DNA of 64,000 bases, from NCBI RefSeq assembly GCF_003334305.1, contig NZ_QOWS01000004.1; one strand, 5' to 3'. The notes under the pieces are model-generated. The model ran no database searches. It was given only the letters and a program-made list of their open reading frames with translations, and was not told where the DNA came from. This document shows positions 10,964 to 20,755 of this stretch, piece after piece. Positions within the stretch are counted from its first letter, which is position 1, and each line of letters begins with the position of its first letter. This DNA is from Escherichia coli (lineage in GTDB: Bacteria > Pseudomonadota > Gammaproteobacteria > Enterobacterales > Enterobacteriaceae). A program made the translations under genes and the position numbers.

Positions 10964-10969
10964 TAAAAA

Positions 10970-10996
10970 TTCCCGATAGTCTTTTGCTATCGGGAA
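10970..10996 (+). terminator. Candidate mutS terminator hairpin
   Basis: ttcccgatag-tcttttg-ctatcgggaa 10-bp stem; weak T tract afterwards. Confidence 0.4.
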
Positions 10997-11068
10997 TATT
11001 AACGACAACTGACGAATCAAATAAAAATACCCTGTATAATAGGAAAGCTTATTTTACAGGGTAAAACC

Positions 11069-11725
11069 ATGCCATCTACACGCTATCAAAAAATCAATGC
11101 CCATCACTATCGCCATATATGGGTCGTTGGTGATATTCATGGTGAATATCAGTTATTACAATCCCGCTTACATCAACTCTCTTTTTTCCCCGAAACCGAC
11201 TTACTTATTTCTGTCGGCGATAATATTGATCGTGGGCCGGAGAGTCTTGACGTCCTGCGCCTGCTAAACCAGCCCTGGTTTATCTCCGTTAAAGGCAACC
11301 ACGAAGCAATGGCGCTGGATGCGTTCGCGACCGGCGATGGCAATATGTGGCTTGCCAGCGGTGGTGACTGGTTTTTCGATTTAAATGATTCAGAGCAACA
11401 AGAGGCAATAGATCTGTTGCTGAAATTCCATCACCTTCCACATATTATTGAAATCACTAACGACAACATAAAATATGTCATCGCACATGCAGATTATCCG
11501 GGGAGTGAATATCTCTTTGGTAAAGAAATAGCGGAGAGCGAATTACTCTGGCCTGTTGATCGTGTGCAGAAATCGCTTAATGGCGAGTTACAACAAATAA
11601 ACGGCGCTGATTATTTTATATTTGGACATATGATGTTTGATAACATTCAGACGTTCGCTAACCAGATTTATATTGATACCGGCACGCCGAAAAGCGGGCG
11701 GCTGTCATTTTATAAAATAAAGTAG
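11069..11725 (+). CDS. pphB: Serine/threonine protein phosphatase 2 (calcineurin-like metallophosphatase)
   Basis: 218 aa; GDIHG and GNHE metallophosphatase motifs. Confidence 0.9.
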   Translation: MPSTRYQKINAHHYRHIWVVGDIHGEYQLLQSRLHQLSFFPETDLLISVGDNIDRGPESLDVLRLLNQPWFISVKGNHEAMALDAFATGDGNMWLASGGDWFFDLNDSEQQEAIDLLLKFHHLPHIIEITNDNIKYVIAHADYPGSEYLFGKEIAESELLWPVDRVQKSLNGELQQINGADYFIFGHMMFDNIQTFANQIYIDTGTPKSGRLSFYKIK

Positions 11726-11726
11726 T

Positions 11727-11752
11727 CTCATGCTTCTTCTGTGAAGCATGAG
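11727..11752. terminator. Hairpin between convergent pphB and ygbI
   Basis: ctcatgctt-cttctgtg-aagcatgag 9-bp stem. Confidence 0.45.
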
Positions 11753-11775
11753 TAACCAAATGTTATTGCAGGCCA

Positions 11776-12543
11776 TTATTCATTTTTCGCAACCAGCAAA
11801 GAGAGATCCTGCTTCGCCAGCGCGCGACTGGCACTCTCCGGCAAACCGTCGTCTGTGATAATCTGATCAAACTCGCTTAATGGTAACGCCAGCCATGTCG
11901 CCACCTGACCATATTTCGTCGCATCACAGACCAAAACTCGCTGGCGGCTGGCACTGGCAATCGCCCGTTTCACCGTGACTTTATCTTCCGCTGGCGTAGA
12001 AATCCCCCGCACACTCCATGACGATGCAGAAATAAAAGCCTGATCAATCATCAGGCTGCGCAGCATGGTCGCAGCGGCTTCCCCGACACAGGAACGGTTT
12101 TCCCGACACACTGCACCGCCAGTGTGAATAATTGTGCAATTACTGTTGTCGAGCAAGTAGTTCGCAATAACGAAATCGTTTGTGACCACAGTCAGTGACT
12201 CCATGTGAATCAGATGCTGTGCTATCGCTAACGTGGTCGTTCCCGCATCCAGATAGATACAACTTCCCGGCTGAACAAGACTTGCCGCCAGCTTGCCAAT
12301 AGCCGCTTTTTGCGTCATTGCCAGCGCAGTTTTTACCTGATGAGAAGGTTCATGCGCCACGCGTCCCGGAGACTGGACGCCTCCGGACACCAGCACAACG
12401 GCTCCCTGCTGCTCCAGTTTTTGTAAATCCCGACGAATGGTCATATGTGACACATTCATTCTGTCCGTTAGTTCAGCAATACTGACAATGCCTTTTTCAG
12501 CTACCATCTCAAGGATGATTTGGCGACGCTCTACGGGTATCAA
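11776..12543 (-). CDS. ygbI: DeoR-family transcriptional regulator YgbI
   Basis: DeoR-like N-terminal HTH plus sugar-binding domain; start placed at in-frame TTG (255 aa); an upstream ATG at 12573 would give 265 aa. Confidence 0.8.
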   Translation of the reverse strand: MIPVERRQIILEMVAEKGIVSIAELTDRMNVSHMTIRRDLQKLEQQGAVVLVSGGVQSPGRVAHEPSHQVKTALAMTQKAAIGKLAASLVQPGSCIYLDAGTTTLAIAQHLIHMESLTVVTNDFVIANYLLDNSNCTIIHTGGAVCRENRSCVGEAAATMLRSLMIDQAFISASSWSVRGISTPAEDKVTVKRAIASASRQRVLVCDATKYGQVATWLALPLSEFDQIITDDGLPESASRALAKQDLSLLVAKNE

Positions 12544-12738
12544 CTTTTGCTCCTTCCTTTGTCCTGCTGACATTCTACGCTATTTGCCTGCGAAACGTGC
12601 GCGGCGCAACTAACGCTTAGTTCACATAAAATAACACACAATGTTAATTTATGTGAATCAGCTCACCATATCGTTATCTTCCAGCGCTTATATTCACAAT
12701 ATCAAACAAAATATCACTTAAATTAACAAGGAGAGCAG

Positions 12739-13647
12739 ATGAAAACGGGATCTGAGTTTCATGTCGGTATCGTTGGCTTAGGGTCAATGGGAATGGGAGC
12801 AGCACTGTCATGTGTCCGCGCAGGTCTTTCTACCTGGGGCGCAGACCTGAACAGCAATGCCTGCGCTACGTTGAAAGAGGCAGGTGCTTGCGGGGTTTCT
12901 GATAACGCCGCGACGTTTGCCGAAAAACTGGACGCTCTGCTGGTGCTGGTGGTCAATGCGGCCCAGGTTAAACAGGTGCTGTTTGGTGAAACAGGCGTTG
13001 CACAACATCTGAAACCCGGTACGGCAGTAATGGTTTCTTCCACTATCGCTAGTGCTGATGCGCAAGAAATTGCTACCGCTCTGGCTGGATTCGATCTGGA
13101 AATGCTGGATGCGCCAGTTTCTGGTGGTGCAGTAAAAGCCGCTAACGGTGAAATGACTGTCATGGCCTCCGGTAGCGATATTGCCTTTGAACGACTGGCA
13201 CCCGTGCTGGAAGCCGTTGCCGGAAAAGTTTATCGCATAGGTGCAGAACCGGGACTAGGTTCGACCGTAAAAATTATTCACCAGTTGTTAGCGGGCGTAC
13301 ATATTGCTGCCGGAGCCGAAGCGATGGCACTTGCAGCCCGTGCGGGGATCCCGCTGGATGTGATGTATGACGTCGTGACCAATGCCGCCGGAAATTCCTG
13401 GATGTTCGAAAACCGGATGCGTCATGTGGTGGATGGCGATTACACCCCGCATTCAGCCGTCGATATTTTTGTTAAGGATCTTGGTCTGGTTGCCGATACA
13501 GCCAAAGCCCTGCACTTCCCGCTGCCATTGGCCTCAACAGCATTGAATATGTTCACCAGCGCCAGTAACGCAGGTTACGGGAAAGAAGACGATAGCGCAG
13601 TTATCAAGATTTTCTCTGGCATCACTCTACCGGGAGCGAAATCATGA
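12739..13647 (+). CDS. ygbJ: NAD-dependent 3-hydroxyisobutyrate-dehydrogenase-family enzyme (L-threonate dehydrogenase type)
   Basis: 302 aa; N-terminal GxGxxG Rossmann motif. Confidence 0.88.
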   Translation: MKTGSEFHVGIVGLGSMGMGAALSCVRAGLSTWGADLNSNACATLKEAGACGVSDNAATFAEKLDALLVLVVNAAQVKQVLFGETGVAQHLKPGTAVMVSSTIASADAQEIATALAGFDLEMLDAPVSGGAVKAANGEMTVMASGSDIAFERLAPVLEAVAGKVYRIGAEPGLGSTVKIIHQLLAGVHIAAGAEAMALAARAGIPLDVMYDVVTNAAGNSWMFENRMRHVVDGDYTPHSAVDIFVKDLGLVADTAKALHFPLPLASTALNMFTSASNAGYGKEDDSAVIKIFSGITLPGAKS

Positions 13648-14906
13648 TCAAGATTGGCGTTATCGCCGATGATTTTACCGGCGCGACGGATATCGCCAGT
13701 TTTCTGGTGGAAAACGGTCTACCAACGGTACAAATTAACGGTGTTCCAACAGGTAAAATGCCGGAAGCAATCGACGCACTGGTGATCAGCCTGAAAACGC
13801 GCTCCTGTCCGGTGGTTGAAGCCACACAGCAATCGCTGGCGGCTCTGAGCTGGTTGCAACAGCAAGGTTGCAAACAGATCTATTTCAAATACTGCTCTAC
13901 TTTCGACAGTACGGCGAAAGGTAATATCGGCCCGGTTACCGATGCATTAATGGATGCTCTCGACACGCCGTTTACGGTCTTCTCTCCGGCCCTGCCGGTC
14001 AACGGACGTACGGTTTATCAGGGGTATTTGTTCGTAATGAATCAACTGCTGGCCGAATCCGGGATGCGCCATCACCCGGTAAATCCCATGACCGACAGCT
14101 ATCTTCCCCGTCTGGTTGAAGCGCAATCCACAGGGCGCTGCGGCGTCGTTTCGGCACATGTTTTCGAACAAGGTGTGGATGCCGTTCGTCAAGAGCTGGC
14201 TCGCTTACAGCAAGAGGGCTACCGCTACGCGGTGCTTGATGCGCTGACCGAACACCATCTGGAAATTCAGGGAGAAGCCTTGCGCGATGCCCCACTGGTA
14301 ACGGGTGGTTCTGGTCTGGCGATTGGCCTGGCCCGGCAGTGGGCGCAAGAAAACGGTAACCAGGCTCGCGAAGCAGGGCGTCCGCTCGCTGGGCGCGGCG
14401 TAGTGCTCTCCGGTTCATGCTCTCAAATGACCAACCGCCAGGTGGCACATTACCGTCAAATTGCACCAGCCCGTGAAGTTGATGTGGCACGCTGCCTCTC
14501 AACCGAAACTCTGGCCGCTTATGCACACGAACTGGCAGAGTGGGTTCTGGGCCAGGAAAGTGTACTTGCTCCACTGGTTTTTGCCACCGCCAGCACTGAC
14601 GCATTGGCAGCAATTCAACAGCAATACGGTGCACAAAAAGCCAGTCAGGCAGTAGAAACTCTATTTTCTAAACTAGCGGCGCGGTTAGCAGCGGAAGGCG
14701 TGACACGCTTTATTGTCGCAGGCGGTGAGACCTCCGGCGTAGTCACACAGAGCCTGGGCATAAAAGGGTTTCATATTGGCCCAACCATTTCTCCCGGCGT
14801 GCCGTGGGTAAACGCACTGGATAAGCCTGTCTCACTCGCCCTTAAATCTGGCAACTTCGGTGATGAAGCCTTTTTTTCACGAGCCCAAAGAGAGTTTTTA
14901 TCATGA
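13644..14906 (+). CDS. ygbK: Four-carbon acid sugar kinase (DUF1537; 3-oxo-tetronate kinase type)
   Basis: 420 aa starting MIKIGVIADDFTGATD; ATGA overlap with ygbJ. Confidence 0.85.
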   Translation: MIKIGVIADDFTGATDIASFLVENGLPTVQINGVPTGKMPEAIDALVISLKTRSCPVVEATQQSLAALSWLQQQGCKQIYFKYCSTFDSTAKGNIGPVTDALMDALDTPFTVFSPALPVNGRTVYQGYLFVMNQLLAESGMRHHPVNPMTDSYLPRLVEAQSTGRCGVVSAHVFEQGVDAVRQELARLQQEGYRYAVLDALTEHHLEIQGEALRDAPLVTGGSGLAIGLARQWAQENGNQAREAGRPLAGRGVVLSGSCSQMTNRQVAHYRQIAPAREVDVARCLSTETLAAYAHELAEWVLGQESVLAPLVFATASTDALAAIQQQYGAQKASQAVETLFSKLAARLAAEGVTRFIVAGGETSGVVTQSLGIKGFHIGPTISPGVPWVNALDKPVSLALKSGNFGDEAFFSRAQREFLS

Positions 14907-15541
14907 GCGATTTCGCAAAAGTAGAGCAGTCTTTGCGAGAGGAGATGACGCGGATTGCCAGTTCATTCTTTCAGCGCGGCTATGCAACCGGTTCGGCTGG
15001 CAATCTGTCGCTGCTTTTACCTGACGGGAATTTACTGGCGACACCGACAGGTTCATGCCTGGGCAATCTCGATCCGCAGCGGCTTTCCAAAGTCGCCGCG
15101 GATGGCGAATGGTTAAGTGGTGACAAACCCTCAAAAGAGGTGCTCTTTCATCTGGCGCTGTATCGCAACAATCCGCGCTGTAAAGCGGTGGTGCATTTGC
15201 ACAGCACATGGTCGACGGCGCTTTCCTGCCTGCAAGGGCTGGACAGCAGCAACGTTATTCGTCCGTTCACACCATACGTGGTGATGCGGATGGGAAATGT
15301 CCCGCTGGTGCCTTATTACCGACCGGGCGATAAACGCATCGCACAGGATCTGGCGGAACTGGCAGCAGACAATCAGGCTTTTTTACTGGCAAATCATGGC
15401 CCAGTGGTTTGCGGTGAAAGCCTGCAAGAAGCCGCCAACAATATGGAAGAGCTGGAGGAAACGGCAAAGCTGATTTTTATTCTCGGTGACCGCCCGATCC
15501 GTTATCTGACCGCAGGTGAAATTGCGGAATTAAGGAGTTAA
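14903..15541 (+). CDS. ygbL: Class II aldolase/adducin-family protein (3-oxo-tetronate 4-phosphate decarboxylase type)
   Basis: 212 aa; ATGA overlap with ygbK. Confidence 0.85.
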   Translation: MSDFAKVEQSLREEMTRIASSFFQRGYATGSAGNLSLLLPDGNLLATPTGSCLGNLDPQRLSKVAADGEWLSGDKPSKEVLFHLALYRNNPRCKAVVHLHSTWSTALSCLQGLDSSNVIRPFTPYVVMRMGNVPLVPYYRPGDKRIAQDLAELAADNQAFLLANHGPVVCGESLQEAANNMEELEETAKLIFILGDRPIRYLTAGEIAELRS

Positions 15542-15545
15542 TGCA

Positions 15546-16322
15546 ATGCCTCGTTTTGCAGCTAATTTATCCATGATGTTCACCGAAGTGCCTTTTATTG
15601 AACGCTTCGCCGCAGCGCGAAAAGCCGGGTTCGATGCTGTGGAATTTCTGTTTCCCTATGACTACTCCACCCTGCAAATCCAAAAGCAACTGGAGCAAAA
15701 CCATCTGACACTGGCGCTGTTCAATACCGCTCCCGGAGATATTAATGCGGGGGAATGGGGATTATCCGCCCTTCCCGGACGTGAGCACGAAGCACACGCA
15801 GACATCGACCTGGCACTGGAATATGCATTGGCGCTCAATTGTGAACAAGTCCATGTGATGGCAGGCGTCGTGCCCGCTGGCGAAGACGCTGAACGGTACC
15901 GGGCAGTATTTATCGATAATCTCCGCTACGCTGCCGACCGCTTTGCGCTACACGGCAAGCGAATATTAGTTGAAGCACTCAGCCCCGACGTTAAGCCTCA
16001 TTATCTCTTCTCCAGCCAGTATCAGGCACTGGCTATTGTTGAAGAGGTTGCGCGAGATAACGTGTTTATTCAACTAGATACTTTTCATGCGCAAAAAGTA
16101 GATGGCAACCTGACGCATTTAATCCGCGACTACGCTGGGAAATATGCGCACGTACAAATTGCCGGACTACCTGATCGACATGAACCGGACGATGGAGAAA
16201 TCAACTATCCGTGGCTGTTCCGCCTGTTCGATGAGGTGGGATATCAGGGCTGGATCGGTTGTGAATATAAACCTCGTGGCCTCACCGAAGAAGGGCTTGG
16301 CTGGTTTGACGCCTGGCGCTAA
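15546..16322 (+). CDS. ygbM: Hydroxypyruvate-isomerase-like TIM-barrel protein (2-oxo-tetronate isomerase type)
   Basis: 258 aa. Confidence 0.85.
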   Translation: MPRFAANLSMMFTEVPFIERFAAARKAGFDAVEFLFPYDYSTLQIQKQLEQNHLTLALFNTAPGDINAGEWGLSALPGREHEAHADIDLALEYALALNCEQVHVMAGVVPAGEDAERYRAVFIDNLRYAADRFALHGKRILVEALSPDVKPHYLFSSQYQALAIVEEVARDNVFIQLDTFHAQKVDGNLTHLIRDYAGKYAHVQIAGLPDRHEPDDGEINYPWLFRLFDEVGYQGWIGCEYKPRGLTEEGLGWFDAWR

Positions 16323-16410
16323 TTCGTTAAATCCCTAATTACAACGTACCCATACATCCCCCCATCTACGGATGGGGTAGGTTAACTATAACTTTCAGAC
16401 AGGGTTTCCC

Positions 16411-17775
16411 ATGTCCACAATTACATTGTTATGCATTGCGTTAGCTGGCGTAATCATGCTGTTGCTGCTGGTCATCAAGGCAAAGGTACAACCATTCGTT
16501 GCTCTGCTCCTCGTCAGCCTGTTAGTCGCACTTGCGGCGGGTATACCGGCGGGCGAAGTGGGTAAAGTGATGATCGCCGGGATGGGCGGTGTGCTTGGTT
16601 CCGTCACTATTATTATTGGTCTGGGCGCTATGCTGGGGCGTATGATCGAACACTCTGGTGGTGCAGAGTCACTGGCTAATTATTTCAGTCGCAAGTTAGG
16701 TGACAAACGAACTATCGCTGCGCTGACTCTGGCAGCGTTCTTCCTCGGTATTCCCGTCTTCTTTGATGTCGGCTTTATTATTCTTGCGCCAATCATTTAC
16801 GGTTTTGCCAAGGTTGCCAAAATATCGCCACTCAAATTTGGCCTGCCTGTCGCTGGAATCATGCTAACTGTTCATGTGGCGGTACCGCCGCATCCAGGCC
16901 CTGTCGCCGCAGCGGGGTTACTCCACGCAGACATCGGCTGGCTAACCATCATCGGTATTGCGATTTCTATTCCCGTAGGGATTGTTGGCTACTTTGCAGC
17001 GAAAATAATCAATACGCGCCAATATGCGATGTCGGTGGAAGTACTGGAACAGATGCAACTGGCTCCGGCCAGTGAGGAAGGCGCAACAAAATTAAGCGAT
17101 AAAATAAATCCACCGGGCGTCGCGCTGGTCACCTCGCTAATTGTTATTCCTATCGCGATTATCATGGCGGGTACGGTTTCCGCAACACTGATGCCGCCTT
17201 CGCATCCCCTGCTTGGTACGCTACAGCTGATCGGCTCACCAATGGTAGCTCTAATGATTGCGCTGGTGCTGGCATTCTGGTTATTGGCTTTACGTCGCGG
17301 CTGGAGCTTACAACACACCAGCGACATTATGGGCTCAGCCCTTCCCACTGCGGCGGTAGTGATTTTGGTTACTGGTGCTGGAGGGGTATTTGGCAAAGTG
17401 CTGGTGGAATCGGGCGTCGGCAAAGCCCTTGCCAATATGCTACAAATGATTGACCTGCCTCTGTTACCAGCCGCATTTATTATTTCACTGGCTCTGCGTG
17501 CATCGCAGGGGTCAGCAACCGTAGCAATCCTGACAACCGGCGGGTTACTCTCAGAAGCGGTGATGGGATTGAATCCGATTCAGTGCGTATTGGTGACGCT
17601 GGCAGCCTGCTTTGGTGGGCTTGGCGCGTCACATATTAATGACTCAGGGTTCTGGATTGTGACCAAATATCTGGGGTTGTCGGTAGCAGACGGTCTGAAA
17701 ACCTGGACAGTGTTAACGACCATTCTCGGTTTTACCGGATTCTTAATTACCTGGTGCGTATGGGCGGTAATTTGA
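16411..17775 (+). CDS. ygbN: GntP-family permease
   Basis: 454 aa, highly hydrophobic multi-pass protein. Confidence 0.88.
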   Translation: MSTITLLCIALAGVIMLLLLVIKAKVQPFVALLLVSLLVALAAGIPAGEVGKVMIAGMGGVLGSVTIIIGLGAMLGRMIEHSGGAESLANYFSRKLGDKRTIAALTLAAFFLGIPVFFDVGFIILAPIIYGFAKVAKISPLKFGLPVAGIMLTVHVAVPPHPGPVAAAGLLHADIGWLTIIGIAISIPVGIVGYFAAKIINTRQYAMSVEVLEQMQLAPASEEGATKLSDKINPPGVALVTSLIVIPIAIIMAGTVSATLMPPSHPLLGTLQLIGSPMVALMIALVLAFWLLALRRGWSLQHTSDIMGSALPTAAVVILVTGAGGVFGKVLVESGVGKALANMLQMIDLPLLPAAFIISLALRASQGSATVAILTTGGLLSEAVMGLNPIQCVLVTLAACFGGLGASHINDSGFWIVTKYLGLSVADGLKTWTVLTTILGFTGFLITWCVWAVI

Positions 17776-17784
17776 CCTTAATAA

Positions 17785-17815
17785 AAAGGTCCGATGGGCA
17801 TCGGACCTTTTATTT
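17785..17815. terminator. Bidirectional rho-independent terminator between ygbN and decarboxylase operon
   Basis: aaaggtccgatg-gg-catcggaccttt, 12-bp perfect stem followed by T-rich run. Confidence 0.65.
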
Positions 17816-18050
17816 AACGCTTACCTTCCACCAGCAGCGGCGGGATGCTCGGCACCATTGGCGCGTCATCAATATCTTTCTGCGTCATGCGGAACGCTTC
17901 GGGATAATGTTCGCGGCTGGTACGGCGCAGCGGTTCGGTATCGCGCCAGGTATAAAGGCAATGCTGGCACTGATATACCGTCCAGACATCTTTCACCGGC
18001 GATTTCGCCATCACTTCAATCTGTTCATCGGCACAACGTGGACAAATCAT
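17814..18050 (-). CDS. ecdD: Small zinc-ribbon subunit of UbiD-type hydroxyarylic acid decarboxylase (EcdD/VdcD/BsdD family)
   Basis: 78 aa with CPRC...CQHC; immediately downstream of the UbiD-like gene. Confidence 0.75.
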   Translation of the reverse strand: MICPRCADEQIEVMAKSPVKDVWTVYQCQHCLYTWRDTEPLRRTSREHYPEAFRMTQKDIDDAPMVPSIPPLLVEGKR

Positions 18051-18060
18051 CTTCTTCTCC

Positions 18061-19488
18061 TTATTTACGTGCAGCCAGCATAGCGGTCAGTTTTTCAGCC
18101 CAGGCTTTGGTTTCCGGTAAATCCACCACCGGTTGGCTGTAGTGACCACGGTTGTCCGGGGCGACAGGCGTAGTGGCGTCGATAATCAGCTTGTCGGTGA
18201 TCCCCGCAGGGCTTGAGCCTGGATCGAGTTCCAGCACGGACATATTCGGCAACTGCACCAAATCCCCTGCCGGGTTCACTTTCGAGGAGAGCGCCCACAT
18301 CACCTGCGGCAGGTTGAACGGGTCAACGTCTTCATCGACCATAATCACCATCTTCACGTAGCCCAGACCATGCGGCGTGGTCATTGCGCGCAGGCCCACC
18401 GCGCGGGCAAAGCCGCCGTAGCGTTTTTTGGTGGAGATAATCGCCAGCAGGCCATGGGTGTACATGGCGTTTACCGCCTGCACTTCAGGGAACTCGGCTT
18501 TCAGCTGCTGATACAGCGGCACGCAGGTGGCTGGCCCCATCAGGTAGTCGATTTCGGTCCACGGCATACCGAGGTACAGCGATTCGAAAATCGGCCTGGT
18601 GCGGTAAGAGACTTTATCGATGCGCACCACGGTCATGTTACGCCCGCCGGAGTAGTGCCCGGTAAACTCACCGAACGGCCCTTCGATTTCGCGTTTACGG
18701 CTTTCGATAACCCCTTCGAGGATCACTTCTGAACCCCACGGCACATCAAAACCGGTCAGCGGGGCGGTGGCGATCGGGTACGGGCTTTCACGCAGCGCGC
18801 CTGCCATTTCATACTCAGACTGATCGTATTTCAGCGGCGTGGCCCCCATCAGCGTGATGATCGGATCGTTACCGAGCGTGATCGCAATCGGCAGATCTTC
18901 ACCGCGCTCTTCTGCTTTATGCAGATGCAGGGCGATATCGTGCATCGGCACCGGTTGCAGGCCGAGCTTACGCTTGCCCTTCACTTCCATGCGGTAGATG
19001 CCGACGTTCTGCTTGCCGAAGTTATCTGGGTCGAGCGGATCGCGGGAAACCACGCAGGCTTTGTCGAGATAGAAACCGCCATCGCCATCGTTTAAACGAA
19101 ACAGCGGCAGGATATCGAACAGGTTAATCTCTTCGCCATCGACGGTGTTCTGCGCCCAGGCTGGATTGGCGCGGCGCTCCGGGGCAATCGGGAAGTTATC
19201 CCAGCGGCGGATAAACTCATCAATCTGCTTTTTGACCGGGGTGTTTGGTGGCAGGCCAAGGGAAATCGCGTGGTTCTGCCAGGAACCGATGGTATTCATC
19301 GTCACGCGGGCATCGGTAAAGCCGCGAATATTATCAAACCACAGCGCGGGCGCGCCGTCGCCGATACGCCCGGTGGCGTTAGCTGCTGCTGCCAGATCCG
19401 GCTCAGCGTTCACCTCTTCGCTGATTTTCAGTAACTGGCCGTGGTCATCAAGCGCCTGTAAAAAGCTGCGTAAATCATCAAATGCCAT
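18061..19488 (-). CDS. ecdC: UbiD-family reversible (de)carboxylase (EcdC/VdcC/BsdC type)
   Basis: 475-aa ORF recognised as a UbiD-family decarboxylase; ATGA overlap with the upstream UbiX-like gene. Confidence 0.85.
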   Translation of the reverse strand: MAFDDLRSFLQALDDHGQLLKISEEVNAEPDLAAAANATGRIGDGAPALWFDNIRGFTDARVTMNTIGSWQNHAISLGLPPNTPVKKQIDEFIRRWDNFPIAPERRANPAWAQNTVDGEEINLFDILPLFRLNDGDGGFYLDKACVVSRDPLDPDNFGKQNVGIYRMEVKGKRKLGLQPVPMHDIALHLHKAEERGEDLPIAITLGNDPIITLMGATPLKYDQSEYEMAGALRESPYPIATAPLTGFDVPWGSEVILEGVIESRKREIEGPFGEFTGHYSGGRNMTVVRIDKVSYRTRPIFESLYLGMPWTEIDYLMGPATCVPLYQQLKAEFPEVQAVNAMYTHGLLAIISTKKRYGGFARAVGLRAMTTPHGLGYVKMVIMVDEDVDPFNLPQVMWALSSKVNPAGDLVQLPNMSVLELDPGSSPAGITDKLIIDATTPVAPDNRGHYSQPVVDLPETKAWAEKLTAMLAARK

Positions 19489-20081
19489 TATTCATTCTCC
19501 TGAGAAAAATTCCGGGCCTGCGGCAATCCTTGCCAGCGCCTGGCATGGGGATGTTCGAGGCCAAATTTATCCAGCACGCGGGCTACCACATGGTGGACAA
19601 TGTCATCTACCGTTTCGGGATGGTTATAAAAGGCAGGCATCGGCGGCACCATCGCCACGCCCATGCGTGAAAGTGCGAGCATATTTTCGAGATGGATGGT
19701 GCTAAGCGGCATTTCACGCGGCACCAGCACCAGTTTGCGGCCTTCTTTGAGCACGACGTCCGCCGCGCGCCCTACCAGGCCATCGGCGTAACCAGCGCGG
19801 ATACCGGCGAGCGTTTTCATACTGCACGGAATAACGATCATGCCGTCGGTACGAAAAGAACCGGATGAGATGATCGCCGCCTGATCCGCCGGGTTATGGC
19901 TGAAGTCTGCGAGGGCAGCAACATCGCGAGCGCTGTAAGGCGTTTCCAGTTCAATGGTGGTTTTCGCCCACTTCGACATCACCAGATGAGTCTCGACATT
20001 CGGCATCTCCCGCAGCGCTTGCAGTAATGCCACACCAAGAGGCGCACCGGTAGCCCCTGTCATCCCGACGATCAGTTTCAT
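19488..20081 (-). CDS. ecdB: UbiX-family flavin prenyltransferase (EcdB/Pad1 type)
   Basis: 197 aa starting MKLIVGMTGATGAPLG. Confidence 0.85.
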   Translation of the reverse strand: MKLIVGMTGATGAPLGVALLQALREMPNVETHLVMSKWAKTTIELETPYSARDVAALADFSHNPADQAAIISSGSFRTDGMIVIPCSMKTLAGIRAGYADGLVGRAADVVLKEGRKLVLVPREMPLSTIHLENMLALSRMGVAMVPPMPAFYNHPETVDDIVHHVVARVLDKFGLEHPHARRWQGLPQARNFSQENE

Positions 20082-20097
20082 TGCTTATCCTCTTAAT

Positions 20098-20113
20098 TGT
20101 TCGTATACGAACA
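20098..20113. promoter_or_regulatory. Perfect 16-bp palindrome, candidate MarR-family operator
   Basis: tgttcgtatacgaaca lies 17 bp upstream of ecdB ATG in the divergent promoter region shared with the MarR-like gene. Confidence 0.5.
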
Positions 20114-20227
20114 TTATTATTAACATACTCCTTCATTTCCACAGCGGCAAGGATTGAAAAGTAACAACATCTTCTTCGTCACTAAAAAACCGCTATGATA
20201 GCGACAGAGAATTAGCCCGGAGTTTAC

Positions 20228-20635
20228 ATGGCGTTACGAAATAAAGCGTTCCATCAGTTACGACAGCTTTTTCAGCAGCACACGGCTCGCTGGCAGCACG
20301 AGTTACCTGACCTGACCAAACCACAGTACGCGGTGATGCGCGCCATTGCTGATAAACCTGGTATCGAACAGGTGGCACTGATAGAAGCAGCTGTCAGCAC
20401 CAAAGCAACGTTAGCAGAAATGTTGGCAAGAATGGAAAATCGTGGCTTAGTCAGACGTGAACATGACCCCGCTGATAAGCGGCGACGCTTTGTCTGGTTG
20501 ACTGCCGAAGGCGAAAAGATACTTGCTGCGGCGATACCCATTGGTGACAGCGTGGATGAGGAATTTTTGGGGCGTTTGAGTGGAGAAGAGCAGGAGCTGT
20601 TTATGCAGCTGGTGCGCAAGATGATGAACGCATAG
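20228..20635 (+). CDS. MarR/SlyA-family transcriptional regulator
   Basis: 135 aa; divergent from the decarboxylase operon. Confidence 0.85.
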   Translation: MALRNKAFHQLRQLFQQHTARWQHELPDLTKPQYAVMRAIADKPGIEQVALIEAAVSTKATLAEMLARMENRGLVRREHDPADKRRRFVWLTAEGEKILAAAIPIGDSVDEEFLGRLSGEEQELFMQLVRKMMNA

Positions 20636-20646
20636 GGGGCAAATTT

Positions 20647-20682
20647 CCGGATGCGACGCTATCGCGTCTTATCCAGACTACA
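20647..20682. repeat. REP-like palindromic element
   Basis: ccggatgcgacgctatcgcgtcttatccagactaca resembles the REP sequences at 42680 and 49183. Confidence 0.5.
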
Positions 20683-20710
20683 AATACACCGACTCACCAA
20701 CCGAAAGAAA

Positions 20711-20740
20711 AAAGGCCAGCCTCGCTTGAGACTGGCCTTT
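20711..20740. terminator. rpoS rho-independent terminator (bidirectional hairpin)
   Basis: aaaggccag-N12-ctggccttt; on the minus strand the hairpin is followed by TTTTTTCTTT. Confidence 0.65.
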
Positions 20741-20755
20741 CTGACAGATGCTTAC

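Noticed and set aside
17776-20755. Decarboxylase/MarR module as a mobile genomic island
   Set aside because: No integrase, transposase, tRNA or flanking direct repeats were seen; the difference from K-12 more likely reflects ancestral presence and lineage-specific loss.
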